Shown here: in pieces, positions 1 to 13,846 of the stretch
Numbering within the stretch: position 1 is the stretch's first letter
Layout: each line of letters begins with the position of its first letter
Source: Eledone cirrhosa
Lineage: Eukaryota
Direction of reading: 5' to 3'
DNA: 64,000 nt
Assembly (NCBI GenBank): GCA_964016885.1
Contig: OZ024742.1
Coordinates: forward strand, 176,328,001 to 176,392,000
Program-made: the position numbers and the translations under genes
Notes under the pieces: generated by a model
Database searches by the model: none
The model's input: only the letters and a program-made list of their open reading frames with translations
What the model was told of the DNA's origin: nothing

Positions 1-445
1 TGTATGGTAGTGAGACATGGGCAGCAACTGCAGAGGATATGCGACGGCTGGAGAGAAATGAGGCAAGCATGCTCCGTTGGATGTACAATGTCAATGTGCT
101 TGAACGACCCAGCATAAATGTGTTGAGAGAGAAACTGTGTCTGAGAAGGATAGAATATAGTCTACGGGAGAGGAGACTGGGGTGGTATGGACATGTGATG
201 CGCATGGAAGATGACCAATTGGTGAAGAAGTGCCAGGAAATGCCAGTTGAAGGACGTCGTGGTAGATGTAAACAACCAAAAACGTATATATGACACACGG
301 GCGGAGGTGGTGAGAACAGACCTCAGATCGCTGAAGCTCAGAGTGGAGATGTCGAGGGCCGTGACAAATGGAGAGATGCTGTGTTGAATAAGACCCGTCC
401 CACCCTTGCAAGCAGGGAAAAGTGGGCGTAAAATGAGGATGATTG
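1..445 (+). mobile_element. RTE-clade LINE 3' fragment (family A), degenerate
   Basis: Translates to YGSETW...RRLERNEASMLRWM...RLGWYGHVMRM...GRRGR (RTE C-terminal region). Ends in CCCACCCTTGCAAGCAGGGAAAAG and a GAT-like tail. Same family as 33377-33925. Confidence 0.85.
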
Positions 446-505
446 TGATATATATATATATATCACAGGCAAATAGATAATATATATAGAACAGCAAAAA
501 TATAA

Positions 506-531
506 TCTATATATATAAAACTGAGGATGTC

Positions 532-577
<46 letters not shown>

Positions 578-1260
578 TTTGAATCCCTAAAACTCGAGAA
601 GCACCCAACTGACTGTTTTCAAAATTTACACATGTAATACTTATGTTTCCGGAAGTGTTCTGAGTGTTTCAAACTGTCAATGTCCTAGGGACCGCATTAG
701 GCGATTTATCGATCTCTCTCTATAATTCTTAGTCTTTTTCTTTTTAGATTGATACATATATATAACGTCGCGCCCTTATAATATCTGTCTGTATATCTGG
801 CTATCTGCATTACGTCACCTCCCACAATTCCCTCCGCGTCCAGAACGCGCCCTTATAATATCTGTCTGTATGGCTGGTTGTCTGCATTACGTCACTTCCC
901 AAAATTCCCTCTGCGTGCAGATTTTCCACTTACGGCTCACTGCCTTCAGTTATTCTGCCACCCTTGCTCAAGACGAATCTCACACTCAATCCCCAAACAG
1001 TTGGTAAGTGCACACAACTTCTTCCTCACGTTGTAAGCCACAGTGTTGCTTACTTACGTACCACCAGAACCTTACTCCTTTGCCAGCCGTGGCTGTGGCA
1101 ATAAAAATGAAAGCCGGTAACTATGTATTAGTCAATCTCTTCTTCATACCGTGAGCAAAGAACATCCAACTTTTAGTTGAGCGAGTGAAATAAAGTCGAT
1201 CCTGCTGTGATTCAAAGATCAGGTTTGCAGGTTATATATTTCACACACACTAAACATTAA
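506..1260 (+). mobile_element. Non-autonomous Helitron-like element (family H1), 5' part
   Basis: A|TC start followed by TATATATAAAACTGAGGATGTC-(TG)n-GAATCCCTAAAACTCGAG, shared with 1477, 29523 and 63747. Internal ~78-bp tandem at 768-920. Confidence 0.6.
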
Positions 1261-1264
1261 AGCC

Positions 1265-1470
1265 GGTAAAACCACCACCACCACCACCATCGCCACCATC
1301 CTCACCACTATCCCGATCACCACCACCACCACCACCATCGCCACCATCCTCACCACTATCCCGACCACCACCACCACCAACACCATCGCCACCATCATCA
1401 CCACTATCCCGACCACCACCACCACCACCATTACCACCACCACTACCACCATCATCACCATTATCCCAAC
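1265..1470. repeat. (CAC/ACC)n-based minisatellite
   Basis: Repeated ACCACCACCATCGCCACCATCCTCACCACTATCCCG units. This is the source of the Val-rich ORF 1219-1473. Confidence 0.85.
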
Positions 1471-1476
1471 CAATTA

Positions 1477-1537
1477 TCTATGGATATAAAACTGAGGATG
1501 TCTGCCTGTATGTGTGAGTGAGTGAGTGAGTGAGTGA

Positions 1538-1590
<53 letters not shown>

Positions 1591-1925
1591 AATCCCTAAA
1601 ACTTGAGAAGTACACAACAGATTTTTTTCAAACTTTACATGTGTATTACTTATGTTTCAGGGAGTGTTATGCCCGCATTAGGTGAAAAACTGCGTTTTTT
1701 CATCTTTTTAGGGTTTTTTTAGGCGTTACGTCAGACCGATTTCCGTGAAATTGTAACTATGTATTAGTCAGTCTCTTCTTCATACCGTGAGCAAAGAAAA
1801 TCCAACTTTTTTATGGCCTTTTTTATGGCATTAGGTGAAAAACTTCATTTTTTCAGCTTTTTATGACTTTTGTGAGGTGTTACGTCTAGCCGATTTTCCT
1901 GAAATTTCAAGGCATATTATGCACA
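1477..1925 (+). mobile_element. Non-autonomous Helitron-like element (family H1), truncated
   Basis: A|TCTATGGATATAAAACTGAGGATGTC start. The body aligns by eye to 29523-30345. Confidence 0.6.
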
Positions 1926-2909
1926 ATTTGACATTTTTAAAGAAAGACTCAGTAAATAATAGGATCGATCATTTTAAAGGTGTTTATGATATAGTCAAGT
2001 TCAATGAATATTATAGATTAAAAATACTTCGGAACGTAGAAAATAATTCTGGGTTTAAATTAATAGAGTTTTGACGGTTAATTATATAAAAAATGTAATT
2101 TCTTTAAAAATTTAAAATTTTATTTCTTTAAAAATTTAAAATTTTTAAATGATCTTCCTTCTTAAATTTAATATTTTTACCATTTGATATTCTTTTCTTA
2201 ATGATACTCTTTTTAATATATTTTTTTAGATGTAGATTGATACTCTTTAATTGACATTCTGAAAGATATCCTCTTTTCGATAATCCTTCGAAATGCACTT
2301 TTGACTTATCTAATAATATATTTTTTCCTCTTTTTAATCTTCAAACTTTTCACATCTTTCGACGTAAATAATATGTAATTGAAATTCTCATCCTTGAAAA
2401 ACATATAATATAAAATACCTTATAATCTCACACAAAATAATATATAATTTTCTCTACATACTTTCTAAGTAAATCATTCATCAAATTTAATGGTTAGCAA
2501 ATAATATTGGAGTTATCTTTTCCTTTACAATTGAGCAAACATAGACATGATAACTTGTAAGATAAATTATATAATTTCGCTAAATTAACAATAATCTGAA
2601 AATATTTTCAATGCTGCAACAAAAGATTTGATTCTACAAATTGTTCTCCTCTTACAACTTGAACTACGTCTTTTTCTTAAATATTTATGTAAAATGAACA
2701 CCTACGTAATTCATATGAGAAATGTAAACAATTAATACATGTGGTTTATTTCTATAAAATCACCAATAATACGTATACTTGCACAATTATTAATCTATAT
2801 AGATATTTATATACTTACAGCCTGTTGTAATGTAATAAGATAAAATATACTTACAACCATAATTCTTAATATAATCTAATTGATTATATATACAATATTA
2901 TAACTCATA

Positions 2910-3097
2910 ATTGTTTCTACGTTAGGCACAAGGCCAGCAATTACCCAGTGTATTACTGGTACTTTATTTTATCGACCCCGTAAGGATGAAAGGCAAAGTT
3001 AACCTCGGCGGGAGTTGAACTCAGAATGGCAAGGGCCGTAACTCTATGCGCCAAAGAATGGCATCCGACACTCTACCAATATTGCCAATCCATCGGC
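2910..3097 (-). mobile_element. tRNA-type SINE (core GCCTTTCATCCTTACGGGGTCGATAAAATAAAGTACCAG)
   Basis: B-box-like GAGTTCAA plus the conserved core. More than 15 copies in the window. Confidence 0.85.
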
Positions 3098-3379
3098 ATT
3101 ATAACTCATAATATCGCTAAATACTTTTTTTAAATTCTGGAATCATATTCCAACATTCCTATAAACTGGTAATTATTTTTAAATTCACGTAAATACAAGC
3201 TTTTCTTTCTTTCTCTTTCTTCTCCCTACACATACATACATATATATCCTAATAATTATTTAAATCTACCTAGCGTCTAAAAATAACGTTTTTCAACCCT
3301 ATACCTCAACCTGATTTGCATATTCATCTTAATAATTTGAAATATTTGACTTTTCTTCTCTTTCCCTTCTTTCCTTTTA

Positions 3380-3553
3380 CTATCCAGGAAAACTTGAACC
3401 GTTAAGATCTTCTTCCTGGATATGTCAATATTTATAAAACAAACTTTGTATTTTATCTGACGAGATCGTACCAAAGTTTTGGTACCCTTGAAATATATAT
3501 AATAGAATAAATATGGTTTTATAAATATAGTTTCCATTTATTTTATATCATTG
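3380..3553 (+). mobile_element. HHR-bearing PLE-terminus element (family N1), single arm with short hairpin
   Basis: Similar to 47905-48055 and to the 3' end of the PLE at 22600-22761. TATCCAGGAA...TTCCTGGATA hairpin at the 5' side. Ends in (TA)n. Confidence 0.75.
3446..3512 (+). ncRNA. Type-I hammerhead ribozyme (minimal helix III)
   Basis: CTGACGA at 3457, helix II GTACCAAA/TTTGGTAC, GAAA at 3490, TATATA-TA, helix I TGTATTTTAT/ATAGAATAAA. Confidence 0.8.
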
Positions 3554-3563
3554 TATATATATG

Positions 3564-3613
<50 letters not shown>

Positions 3614-3685
3614 CATAATATATATATATATATACATAATATATGTATATATATACATAATATATGTATATATATACATAATATA

Positions 3686-3746
<61 letters not shown>

Positions 3747-4289
3747 TATATATATATAATATATATATATATATACATAATATATATATATATATATATA
3801 ATATATATATATATATACATAATATATATATATATATATATATATACATAATATATATATATATATATACATAATATGGATAACACGACTACCATCTAAG
3901 CTGGAACCGACCCATACAGCAAACAAAGAGGGGACAGCCCTTCGCTTTTGACCAGTCGCGTGTGGGCTTGGAGTTCGTAATATACCACCCCAGTCAAATC
4001 CACACTGGTTTTTTTACCAATATGGCATGTAGACCAATACATCCTATGTAGCGAGACCTTGGACTTAGAACCGACCGAAAGCGTGCAACCCCTGAAACTA
4101 AAAGTTCGAAAGGACCGCACCCAGCAACCACTAGCTATTGGAACCACAGGTACATCTCCCAGAGAGTCCACGCAGCTGATAGTGAATCCCAGTTGATCCG
4201 TGAACTATGAACTTTTAAACAACACCAGCTGTGCCTGGAGCTATGCAGATGACTACATACGCATAATGGATATCGCACCCACACGGTCA

Positions 4290-4560
4290 CCAGTACTGTT
4301 TATCCTGTTGTATGTATGTAAATATCCGTGCGCGGGATATCCCTGAGTACATTTTCTTGACCATCAATTGTTAATCGATTGTTTGTTAATTAGGCAGGAA
4401 TATACCATTATATCTGTGCTAATCCTATATGTTGCTGTATGTGTGTAAAGTATCCGAGCGCGGGATATCCCTGAGCTAATTTTGCCTGACTGTTAATAGT
4501 GTTTTGATTACTTGTTAATTAGGCAGGAATATATATTATTATGTCTTTGTTAATCCTGTA
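4290..4560. repeat. ~128-bp tandem duplication
   Basis: GCGCGGGATATCCCTGAG and TTGTTAATTAGGCAGGAATATA each occur twice. Confidence 0.7.
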
Positions 4561-6019
4561 TCAATAATCTTATAATAATTTTTTGTGATAATACATTGTT
4601 AGATTACTGAAGCTACCTTATACCTTCTTAAAAATACATTTTATAATTATTGTCTTTTTGCTTATGTATTTTCTTATTTACCACTCTCTTTAATCTTGCC
4701 CAACTTGATAAACTCTTTGAATTGCTCCCTAATTAAATTACTTAAATTACTTAAATTATTGTATCTATTATGCCTAAGTTGTATCTGTTGAAGCAGCCCT
4801 TTGAAAATTCCTCGGATATCCCAAATACCGTAATTTTTAACTTTTAATGTATAGTTTTCCTCAATTCGTTTTTATATATATCCTTAAAGGCTCTCTAAAA
4901 TGTTAATTCTTCGAAGGGTCTCTCGGAGGAGGTTCCTATTAAAAATATTAAAGGGGCCTTTTCTGAGAGAACTATAGAAGGCTCTTTGAATTAACCTTTA
5001 ATTGATTAGTTTCTTTCAACTTAGTAGGGAATATCAAAACTTCGTAAGTTTTCTGAAATTTGTAAACGTGATCAACAGAGATAGCTTTAAGCTAAACTCC
5101 GACTGGTAACCATCTCACTCAACAAACATTAGGTTATACGTTAGTATAAACCCAATTTAAGTGTTTGGGGTGCTAACTATATGTATTTTGTGGAAAGCGA
5201 GTTGTATTATTTTATATGAGATATAATTAAAGTTAAAATATATCTCTCTTTCCAAACAATTGTTTCATTATAAGTTTTCTTCAAGTTGGGAGAATGTTTC
5301 CAGTTTATGTAGAAGCCTAACATATTTTCATGTAAGAATATATTTAGGTGGGCACTTATAAATCTTCAGTGGAAGCCCATTAAACTTTGATATAAGAAAA
5401 AATTTCTTACCGCAGTTAATGTTCGTGTCTGTTAAGTTGTCCCTTCACGCATCGAATGACCGCCAAATTTGAAATTCCAGCAGTCTTTTGACTGAGGAAG
5501 TATCATAGCGTCACGAAGCGGAAAAGGGAGTCAACCACTAGTCACGAGAAAAATAAAATAATATACACTTGGGTTAATTAGTTTTTTCAAAAACATTATC
5601 AATCCAATGTGTTAAGAACTCAATTAATTTAAAAAAAATAAATTTATGCGTGTATTAATTAGACACGCATATAGATATTTTCTTAGTCTAAAAACAGAGA
5701 AGTGAATACCTAAAAACCAACCATGCTTCACAACTGTAATAAATACGGAAAGTTACGCTTTAAAGGCGTTTGGGAATGTAAATCTCTGGCCAAATTAAGA
5801 GTAAAATATTTAATACACGCGAGTTAATTAGTTATTTCAAAGTACTCAATACATAGCAGAGTATAGAAGTTTTAATATACATGAGATTCTACAGGACTAG
5901 AATTGTTTCATTATTTAAAAATCATCAGGAATCTGGCTGTCCAAAATAAATGTATTTATATCGTTTCTGGTGGTAGGAGAGGGGATGCTTGGGATGAGTG
6001 GAGGTCATCGGTTGAAAGA

Positions 6020-6350
6020 AAAGGGAATTCATTAAAAGCTAATTCTTTAAGGCTATCATTTACATTTAGAGTGACAAAGGCAGAGAGAATTCTATAAACA
6101 AGTTCAAAATGGGGAACCACTCCTTATTTTTAAGTTTCTCTTAATCTAACAATGCCTATATTTCAGGTGTATATGAGATGGTTGGGGGTCGGTCATGCTT
6201 GATGGATTTAATTAAAAGGGAAATTCTTTAAAAGCTAATTCTTTAAAGCTCTACTTAAAGTAACAAAGGCCAAGAGAATTCTGTAAACCAGTTCAGATAT
6301 TGGGTGCCTATCCTTATTGTCATGTTTCTCTTAAGCTATATTACAGGTGT
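6020..6350. repeat. ~195-bp diverged tandem duplication
   Basis: AAAAGCTAATTCTTTAA...AGAGAATTCT...AGTTCA is repeated at ~6035 and ~6230. Confidence 0.65.
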
Positions 6351-6363
6351 CAACAGACACGTT

Positions 6364-6459
<96 letters not shown>

Positions 6460-6506
6460 AAAAATATACACATATACAACATATGCAAACACATCTACAC
6501 ATATAA

Positions 6507-6596
<90 letters not shown>

Positions 6597-6603
<7 letters not shown>

Positions 6604-6929
6604 ATATTAACAAATGGAAACTATATTGACATACCCTGAAAAATGCAACATTCACAGTTGAGACTCCAACCGTGAAGATTGCATTTTTCAGGGTATGTCA
6701 ATATATATTTATAAAACTAATCTATATTATATTTTATCTGATGAAGTCGCACTATAATCTGCCTTGGTTGCCCTTGAAATATGTATAATGAAATAAATAT
6801 GGTTTTATAAATATAGTCTCTATTTGTTAATATATTGTATATTTACTCCAATTAATTTGTTGAGTGCTTTATATCAGTTATAAACATATTTTGCTTGTTG
6901 TATCCCAACAAATTAAATATAACCTCTCT

Positions 6930-6930
<1 letters not shown>
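6597..6930 (+). mobile_element. Family N1 fold-back element (left arm internally deleted)
   Basis: Inverted repeat TATATTGACATACCCTGAAAAATGCAA.../...TTGCATTTTTCAGGGTATGTCAATATA centred near 6663. The long right arm matches the reverse complement of 16420-16620. Flanked by (TA)n/(CA)n. Confidence 0.75.
6724..6800 (+). ncRNA. Type-I hammerhead ribozyme (helix II diverged)
   Basis: CTGATGA at 6738, GAAA at 6776, TATGTA-TA, helix I ATATTATATTTTAT/ATGAAATAAATAT. Confidence 0.65.
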
Positions 6931-7000
<70 letters not shown>

Positions 7001-7003
<3 letters not shown>

Positions 7004-7484
7004 CAAAGGAATTGTGGTAAGGAGCCAAATGGACCATAACGCACCAGAGTACTCAATACTTATGGTAGTAGAGTGGGAAATAGGAAAAAGTATGACGCCG
7101 ACGGCAGAGCTCAAGCCGTTTCAATGGCTATTTCTGGACTAAATTAGAATGTTTAGCATGGTGAATAAATAGCCGAACTTGTCAAGGGGATACTTCCTTA
7201 TATGGGAAGATTGTAGTTGTCAAGAGAATTGGTTAAAATTTGTTGTAAACACAAATAAGTCTATCATGGCATTTGGTGGGAGGTAGGGGTGGCTGAACTT
7301 GCCTGTAGAACTCGGGTCGTTATAGGGTTTGAGGGCCAGGTAAGTCCTACGCTATCTGTGTTTGCATGCGGTTACCAGTTCATCTTTCTTGTTTAGGAGT
7401 TGGTCCTTCTAAAACAGCATTTGTAATGTTTCCTCCGAGCATAAGTTACACGGGCGGCGTCCTCACGTGTAAGAGTTAGCTCTT
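7001..7484 (-). mobile_element. 5'-truncated PLE remnant (GIY-YIG C-terminus + 3' UTR with decayed HHR)
   Basis: Minus strand 7484-7340 reads RANSYT*GRRPCNLCSEETLQMLF*KDQLLNKKDELVTACKHR, the same CxLCxxE...LN...CxHR tail as ORF 18152-19462. The 3' end abuts (TA)n. Confidence 0.8.
7088..7195 (-). ncRNA. Degenerate hammerhead ribozyme
   Basis: Core reads TTGACAA instead of CTGACGA. Helix II GGCTATTT/AAATAGCC, GAAA-CGGC...GCCG-TC helix III, helix I AAGTATCCCC/GGCGTCATACTT. Confidence 0.55.
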
Positions 7485-8014
7485 AACCTCTGTATTAGCT
7501 TATTGCCTCTATTGTTGTTATTGTTGTCTTATTCATGCACTATTTGTTATTGATGCTGTGAAAGCTAAACAACCTCCATGATTCGAACTAACCATCCCTA
7601 CATCTACTATAGACCACTTAAATAACGTATCCACTTTACACCACATAAAGATTACCATCCTCACTACAATGAAACACACACACACACACAATATATATAT
7701 TCTCTTCATCTGAACTTGCAACCCATACTCCCACACACACACAAAACACCCATACACACACATAACCCCCCCCCACACACACACACATAACACCCATACA
7801 CACACACATACCCCCCCCCACACACGACTCCCTCCCCCATTTCTACTAATAGAATTACTTTCCTACACGCATATATACACACACACAAAATATATATATT
7901 CGCTCCCACACAAACATAACACCCATACACACACACACACATACACACACACAACTGCCTCCCCCATTTCTACTAACATAATCATCTTCCTATACACACA
8001 CACAAGTACACAAA

Positions 8015-8570
8015 TAAACATATCTTTACTTTCTTTATTTCAATAGAATATCTGAATTCTGACACAACAGCGAACTAACCATATTCACTGAACCAGAACA
8101 ATTCTCCCATCCCATTTCTCTTGACCATTATATTTTGCTTGTCATAAAATTCTCTAAAATGGCTACAGAATAGATTTCTAAATTCGGGCGCCGCGAAATT
8201 TAATGAAAACTTGTCCACGTGACAGCCATAATTTCATTTATAACCAATCAAATTACGTTTATTAAAAAAAGGCCTTCTTAGCTCTTTTTTTTAAAGTAAA
8301 AAGAAATCCCCCCCCCCCCCCACACACACACATAAACATACATATCTTTACTTTCTTTATTTCAATAGAAAATCTGAATTCTGACACCCCAGCGAACTAA
8401 ACATATTCACTGAACCAGAACAATTATCCCATACCATTTCTCTTGACCATTATATTTTGCTTCTCATAAAATTCTCTAAAAAGGCTACAGAATAGAGTTC
8501 CAAATACGGGCGCGAAATTTAATGAAGACTTGTTTCTTATAATTATTGACCAACCAATCAAATTACTTCT
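8015..8570. repeat. ~305-bp tandem duplication in an unclassified repeat
   Basis: CATATCTTTACTTTCTTTATTTCAATAGAA...CCAATCAAATTAC is present twice (~8020 and ~8341). Confidence 0.8.
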
Positions 8571-8841
8571 CTAAAAATCAGGCGTTTTGAGCAACTTTTT
8601 TCCATATAAAACAAGTAACATTCAAAGACCAATCAGATGTGAGAAAAACCACAGACCCCCCCATCTCAACTCTACTTTTGGAAAGCAGAAGAACTGCGAA
8701 ACCGGTAAAGGAACCAAATAAATATATATATTTTTTTTAAAATAAGACCCGAATTGTATTTTCGATTTCATCTTTTTCTCTTTATACTTTCACTCGTGTA
8801 GGAAACCTCGGTTATTTTTCATTTTGTAAAAGAAATCTCAC

Positions 8842-8936
<95 letters not shown>

Positions 8937-8968
8937 TATATACATATATATATTATGCATAATATACA

Positions 8969-9004
<36 letters not shown>

Positions 9005-9044
9005 CGTATATATTGTTATTATTGATATTATGTTTTTTTTGTTT

Positions 9045-9149
<105 letters not shown>

Positions 9150-9155
9150 GTATAC

Positions 9156-9230
<75 letters not shown>

Positions 9231-9644
9231 GAGAAAAAATATTTTCACTTTGTAAGGCTGAATACAATAAATGTAATCTAAGTTTTTCAAATATTAATAA
9301 TAACATTCGATTCGTTTTCAATTATGCAAACAACCTTTATTTTTAAAGTCATGTCAGCAGAATGAACCCTTAAATTCTTGCTCTTGTGTTGGCATATATA
9401 AACATGCCTACACAAGAGCAAGTAAATAGAATGTTGAATTGGCAGTATTAGTAGAGGGTCAGACATGCTTTCCAGCGTAGTTACGTCCATTTGCGATCTG
9501 AGTTCAAATCCCGCCGAGGTTAACTTTGCTTTCATCCTTACAGGGTCGATAAAATAAAGTACCAGTAATACACTGGATATTTGCTGGCCTTGTGCCAAAA
9601 GTAGAAACAATTATTAATATTCGAAAAACTCAGATTACATTTAT
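9231..9644. mobile_element. Family N4 element with 35-bp inverted arms enclosing a SINE
   Basis: 9267-9301 is the inverted repeat of 9610-9644. 9262-9430 is homologous to 46803-46925. The SINE occupies 9437-9612. (TA)n on both sides. Confidence 0.7.
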
Positions 9645-9695
9645 ATTTATATATATATATATATATACATACATATATATATATACATATATATA

Positions 9696-9733
<38 letters not shown>

Positions 9734-9789
9734 TATATTTATATATATATAATATATATAATATATATATATATACATAGTATATATAT

Positions 9790-9829
<40 letters not shown>

Positions 9830-9845
9830 ATATATATATATATAA

Positions 9846-10400
9846 TCTCTCTATATATAAAATGGACGATGGCTGTCTGTGGGTGTGTATGATTTTTATG
9901 CATTTCCACATTTTTCTACCGATTTTGATGATTTTTCTCCCAATGTGCTCCAAATTTACAACCGATGGTCAACACGTAATAAACTTTGCTAAAAATATCC
10001 TGCTTCTATGAAAAAAATCGATAAAACTAAATACATGCTGTAACCCTCTCTCTAATACCTTATGCACTCTCTCTAATACCCAATAGCGATAAAACTTCGT
10101 TCAGGAACGCGAAATAAACTTTGAAAACTAAGCAACACATCATTATATTATACAACAAACATAGTCATAACGCTCTCTCCGTCGCTCTTCGTTTTCTCTA
10201 TAATAGATCATTCCCCCTCTCTATAATTTAACTGCGTTACTCTCTTCATGATTTGAGGTTTAACACACCTCCCTATAGATTCTTAGCTTTACCCTCTTCG
10301 TCGCTCTTCCCTCTCTCTATAATAGATTATTCCCCCTCTCTATAATTTAACTGAGTGCAAAACAGAGCTGGAAAAGTGTTTCACAAATATACGTTGGAAT
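9846..10400 (+). mobile_element. Helitron-like non-autonomous element (5' part)
   Basis: A|TCTCTCTATATATAAAATGGACGATGGCTGTCTGT start typical of these elements, with internal short tandems. No 3' CTAG identified. Confidence 0.45.
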
Positions 10401-10929
10401 GCAAAAGTAAACAACAACAATCACTATACGGACAACAACAACGATAATAACGGTAGTAGTAATATAAACAATAATTCTGAGTATAGAAATAACAGCTATA
10501 ATAGTAATAACAATAACAATAGCAGGAGAGTGAGAAATAGTAATAATGGTAATAATATTAACGATAGACAACAACAACAACCACAATAATAATAATAATA
10601 GAAACATTAACTACAGACACAGCAGCAGCGACCATAGTAGTAATAACGGTAACAATACGAATAACAACAACAACAACCACAGTGGTAATAATAGAAATAA
10701 TACATGTGGCAAAATTAATGATAGACACAACAAAAACAAGAAACATAATAAAAGTAACAACCACAAAGGTAGAAATAACAGTAACAACAACAATAACGGT
10801 GGAGAAAACAACAACAATACATCTAACAATCACAGCAACAATACATCTAGCAATCATAACAATAATAATAATAATGCTAATGATAGGAATAACAACAACC
10901 ACCATAATAACAATAATAGCAACACACAT

Positions 10930-13369
10930 AACTATGATGATAGATATAATGACAACCTCTTAGAGAAACTATTCTTCAACCCAGCTGACAAAACATATAA
11001 GATGGGTAATATTTATCCTTTAATAAAAGAGTTTGCATACCACAACAAATAGCTGGCGAGACAGAGGCACAGTTCACCATAGCTAGAAATAAGATTAGAC
11101 AAATAGTAGACCGGTACACTAAGAGACAGAGCAGACCAGAGGTCCAACAACTTGTGAGGAAAACTGTAGAAGCCTTGGTTAGCCTCAAGCAGTGCACAAG
11201 GGATGGTGAGGTAGTATGTCTACCCACGGATAAGTCTGGTAGAATGGCAATAGGCAGCATGCCGAACTACATCAAGGCTATGCAACCCCACATCGCCAAC
11301 ACGAGCGAAATTGCACAGCAACTACATGATGGGAGATGGAAAATCCTCAACGCTCACATGATGATGTGGACCGACATTCTAAAACCAAGCAGACGCACTG
11401 CCAACAACTTCCAGGCGTCTAACAATGTCATACCACCCTTGTATGGGCTGCGCAAAGACCACAAGACAGTCGACGACCCGACAACAGGACCACCAACAAG
11501 ACCCGTATGCGGAACAAATACAGCTAGCAACTACAGGATCTCCTACTTCCTCTCAATGGTTATACACCCCATAATCAAGATGTCCCCAGATGTATGTGAC
11601 AGTACAGAGGACCTCCTCAGCAGGATCAGTGAGTGCAACAAAAACAGGAACCTATCCAACTGCATAATAGGCAGCATGGATGTGGTATCACTGTACCCAT
11701 CCATTAACATTGATTTTGCTGTGGAAAAATGTGTGGAGATGATCAATGAGATGAGGTGGAGTTCTGCGACGTCGACACAGACGAACCGGGCCTCCTACTT
11801 AGACTTACCTACGACACTGACTACCTAGACAGCCATGACCTTAGACGTTTCTGTCCCAGTAGACCCATAATAGGTAGACCCCCCACCCACCCCCCACCAT
11901 GACGTCAATGGCTAAAAAGACTCCCATGGGAAGGTGGATGGGTGGACCAAAGCTATACGGACCCCCAAAAACAATGATCAGGTAAGAAAAATGGTCGCAC
12001 ATGCAATAGCGGCTAGTATCAAAACTACCCTAAAGGGCCACATATTCAAGTTGAACGAGAAGATCTACACCAAAAATGAGGGAGCAGCCATTGACGTCAG
12101 CATAGCTGGTGACGTTGCCAACCTTTTTATGGTATGGTGGGAAAGGAGACTTAAAGTTCTCCTTAATGAGAGCTCCATAGACCTCATCATGTACTCTCGT
12201 TACGTAGACGACATCAATATTGTAATAAGAACATCCCCCGCAACAGAGCACTAACAAGTTTGATTTAGAACGTAGCACAATGGAAAGCATCCAGCAGATA
12301 TCTAATTCCATACACCAGAGTATAACTGTAACTATCGACTACCCTTCCAAACACCCTAACAATAGACTACCTGTATTAGACACGGAACTCTGGATTAACA
12401 CTATAGACCAGGGAGCCCAAATTCTCCACTCACACTATGCTAAACCCATGACATCCAAATACCTGATACTCAAAAGCTCAGCAATGTCCAGTAGTGCTAA
12501 GTTTAATATTCTGATCGCAGTCTTGGTATGAGTGATGAGGAACGTGTCCCGCATGTGCGACCCAACAGAAATGGAAAGACACAGCCAACACTTCATCAAC
12601 CGCATGCAGTTCTCTGGCTACAACCAAAGAGACAGAATCAGAACATACGAAGGAGCCACGGAGAAGTATAAGACCGATATAGAACTGGACATGAAAGGAA
12701 TCTGCTCATTATACAGGGGCAAATCATGGAATAGCCTAGATAGGGCTAGACATAATATAGGGAAAGCCACCTCATGGTACGACAACCAGAGATACCAGAG
12801 TGTCATTTTGTGGACGCTACCCCTGGAGGGAAAATAGCTAACCAGTGTAGAAAGGCCTTGAGAAAGACCCACTTAAAGATTAAGGTGGTAGAAAATCAAG
12901 GAACCACCATAAAATCCCTGATCAGCAAAACCTATCGTTTTAACGAAACCCATTGTACTTATAGGAAATGTATCATATGTAAGGTAAACCTCTGGATACA
13001 CTGTAAAACTAGAAACGTAGTCTATAGCATAAGATGTACAGAGGGTACTTGCAGAAACATGACAACAACATACATAGGCGAGATAGCTCGTAGTATAGGT
13101 GAAAGGATAGACCAACAGTATGTGGGGGGGGGGGGGGACTAAAAGGACGAAAAAACGGTTCAGTACTATACAAACATGCCAGACAACAACACGACGGTAA
13201 CATAGACACCATAGAAATTAGAATAATATCTAAACATAGAAATAACCCAGCAGATAGGCAAATCAGAGAGGCCAGTGAAATAGAACTTAGAAGGCCAAGG
13301 CTAAACAGAAAAAATGAATGGAATAACAACAACACCCAAACAAACAACACTGACCACAAGAGAAGTATA
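10930..13369 (+). pseudogene. Penelope-like element ORF (RT + Cys linker + GIY-YIG), frameshifted; Neptune/Nematis-like
   Basis: TDKSGR, LYGLRKDHK, RPVCG, SMDVVSLYPSI, YSRYVDD, LPVLD, C-x4-C-x2-C...C linker, VVY...YIGE, LYKH...H, RQIREA, LNRKNEW across ORFs 11154-13142 and onward. Clade assignment is uncertain. Confidence 0.9.
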
Positions 13370-13614
13370 AATAAATAAATAAATAGATAAATAAATAAAT
13401 ACATACACAAGCACAATAACAACAAACACATATAAACACACACTAGTAAAGATAGAATAGATTAACCAATACACAGTCACCCAATCACGAACACACATCA
13501 AACAAAACACTATACACACACGCAAACGCATGCGCAAAGAAGACAAAATATATATATATAAACAGACTAAATAAAGATGGCGTAGAAAATAAAATGCAAC
13601 GGGAGGAAACAATA

Positions 13615-13665
13615 GCACCACTGACGATGTTGCAGATGTGCAACGAAAGAAATTTGATAAACTAT
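13615..13665 (+). ncRNA. Hammerhead ribozyme core in PLE 3' UTR
   Basis: CTGACGA-T-GTTGCA-GATG-TGCAAC-GAAA at 13621-13648. Helices I and III are unclear. Confidence 0.55.
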
Positions 13666-13846
13666 ATATAAGTGTTTGTGTCTATGTGTCTATATTGTAT
13701 CTGTATTTCTGACCGTTGGTCAGTCAATGGCAACATTGAGGACCGAATAAATTAAATTAATCGATATAAAAGACACAGAAGCGAAAAGCGAAAACCAACC
13801 AAACAGTGAGTGTGTTCTGTTATTAAATCTGGCAATATTACACAAA

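Noticed and set aside
3538-3926. YI/IY- and CV/HT-repeat ORFs here and at 6.3, 8.8, 16.1, 22.7, 28.9 kb etc.
   Set aside because: These are translations of (TA)n/(CA)n microsatellites.
3877-4270. GC-richer island between repeats
   Set aside because: No identifiable domain, termini or second copy in the window.
5492-5535. CTGAGGA...GAAG hammerhead-like string
   Set aside because: No GAAA after a helix II, and no UH cleavage context.
8180-8640. E2F-like (GGCGCGAAA) and CCAAT motifs as a promoter
   Set aside because: They fall within a tandemly duplicated repeat with no downstream gene evident.
10546-10940. Asn-rich 168-aa ORF
   Set aside because: Mostly (AAC/AAT)n low-complexity sequence. 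Only its 3' end plausibly belongs to the PLE ORF.
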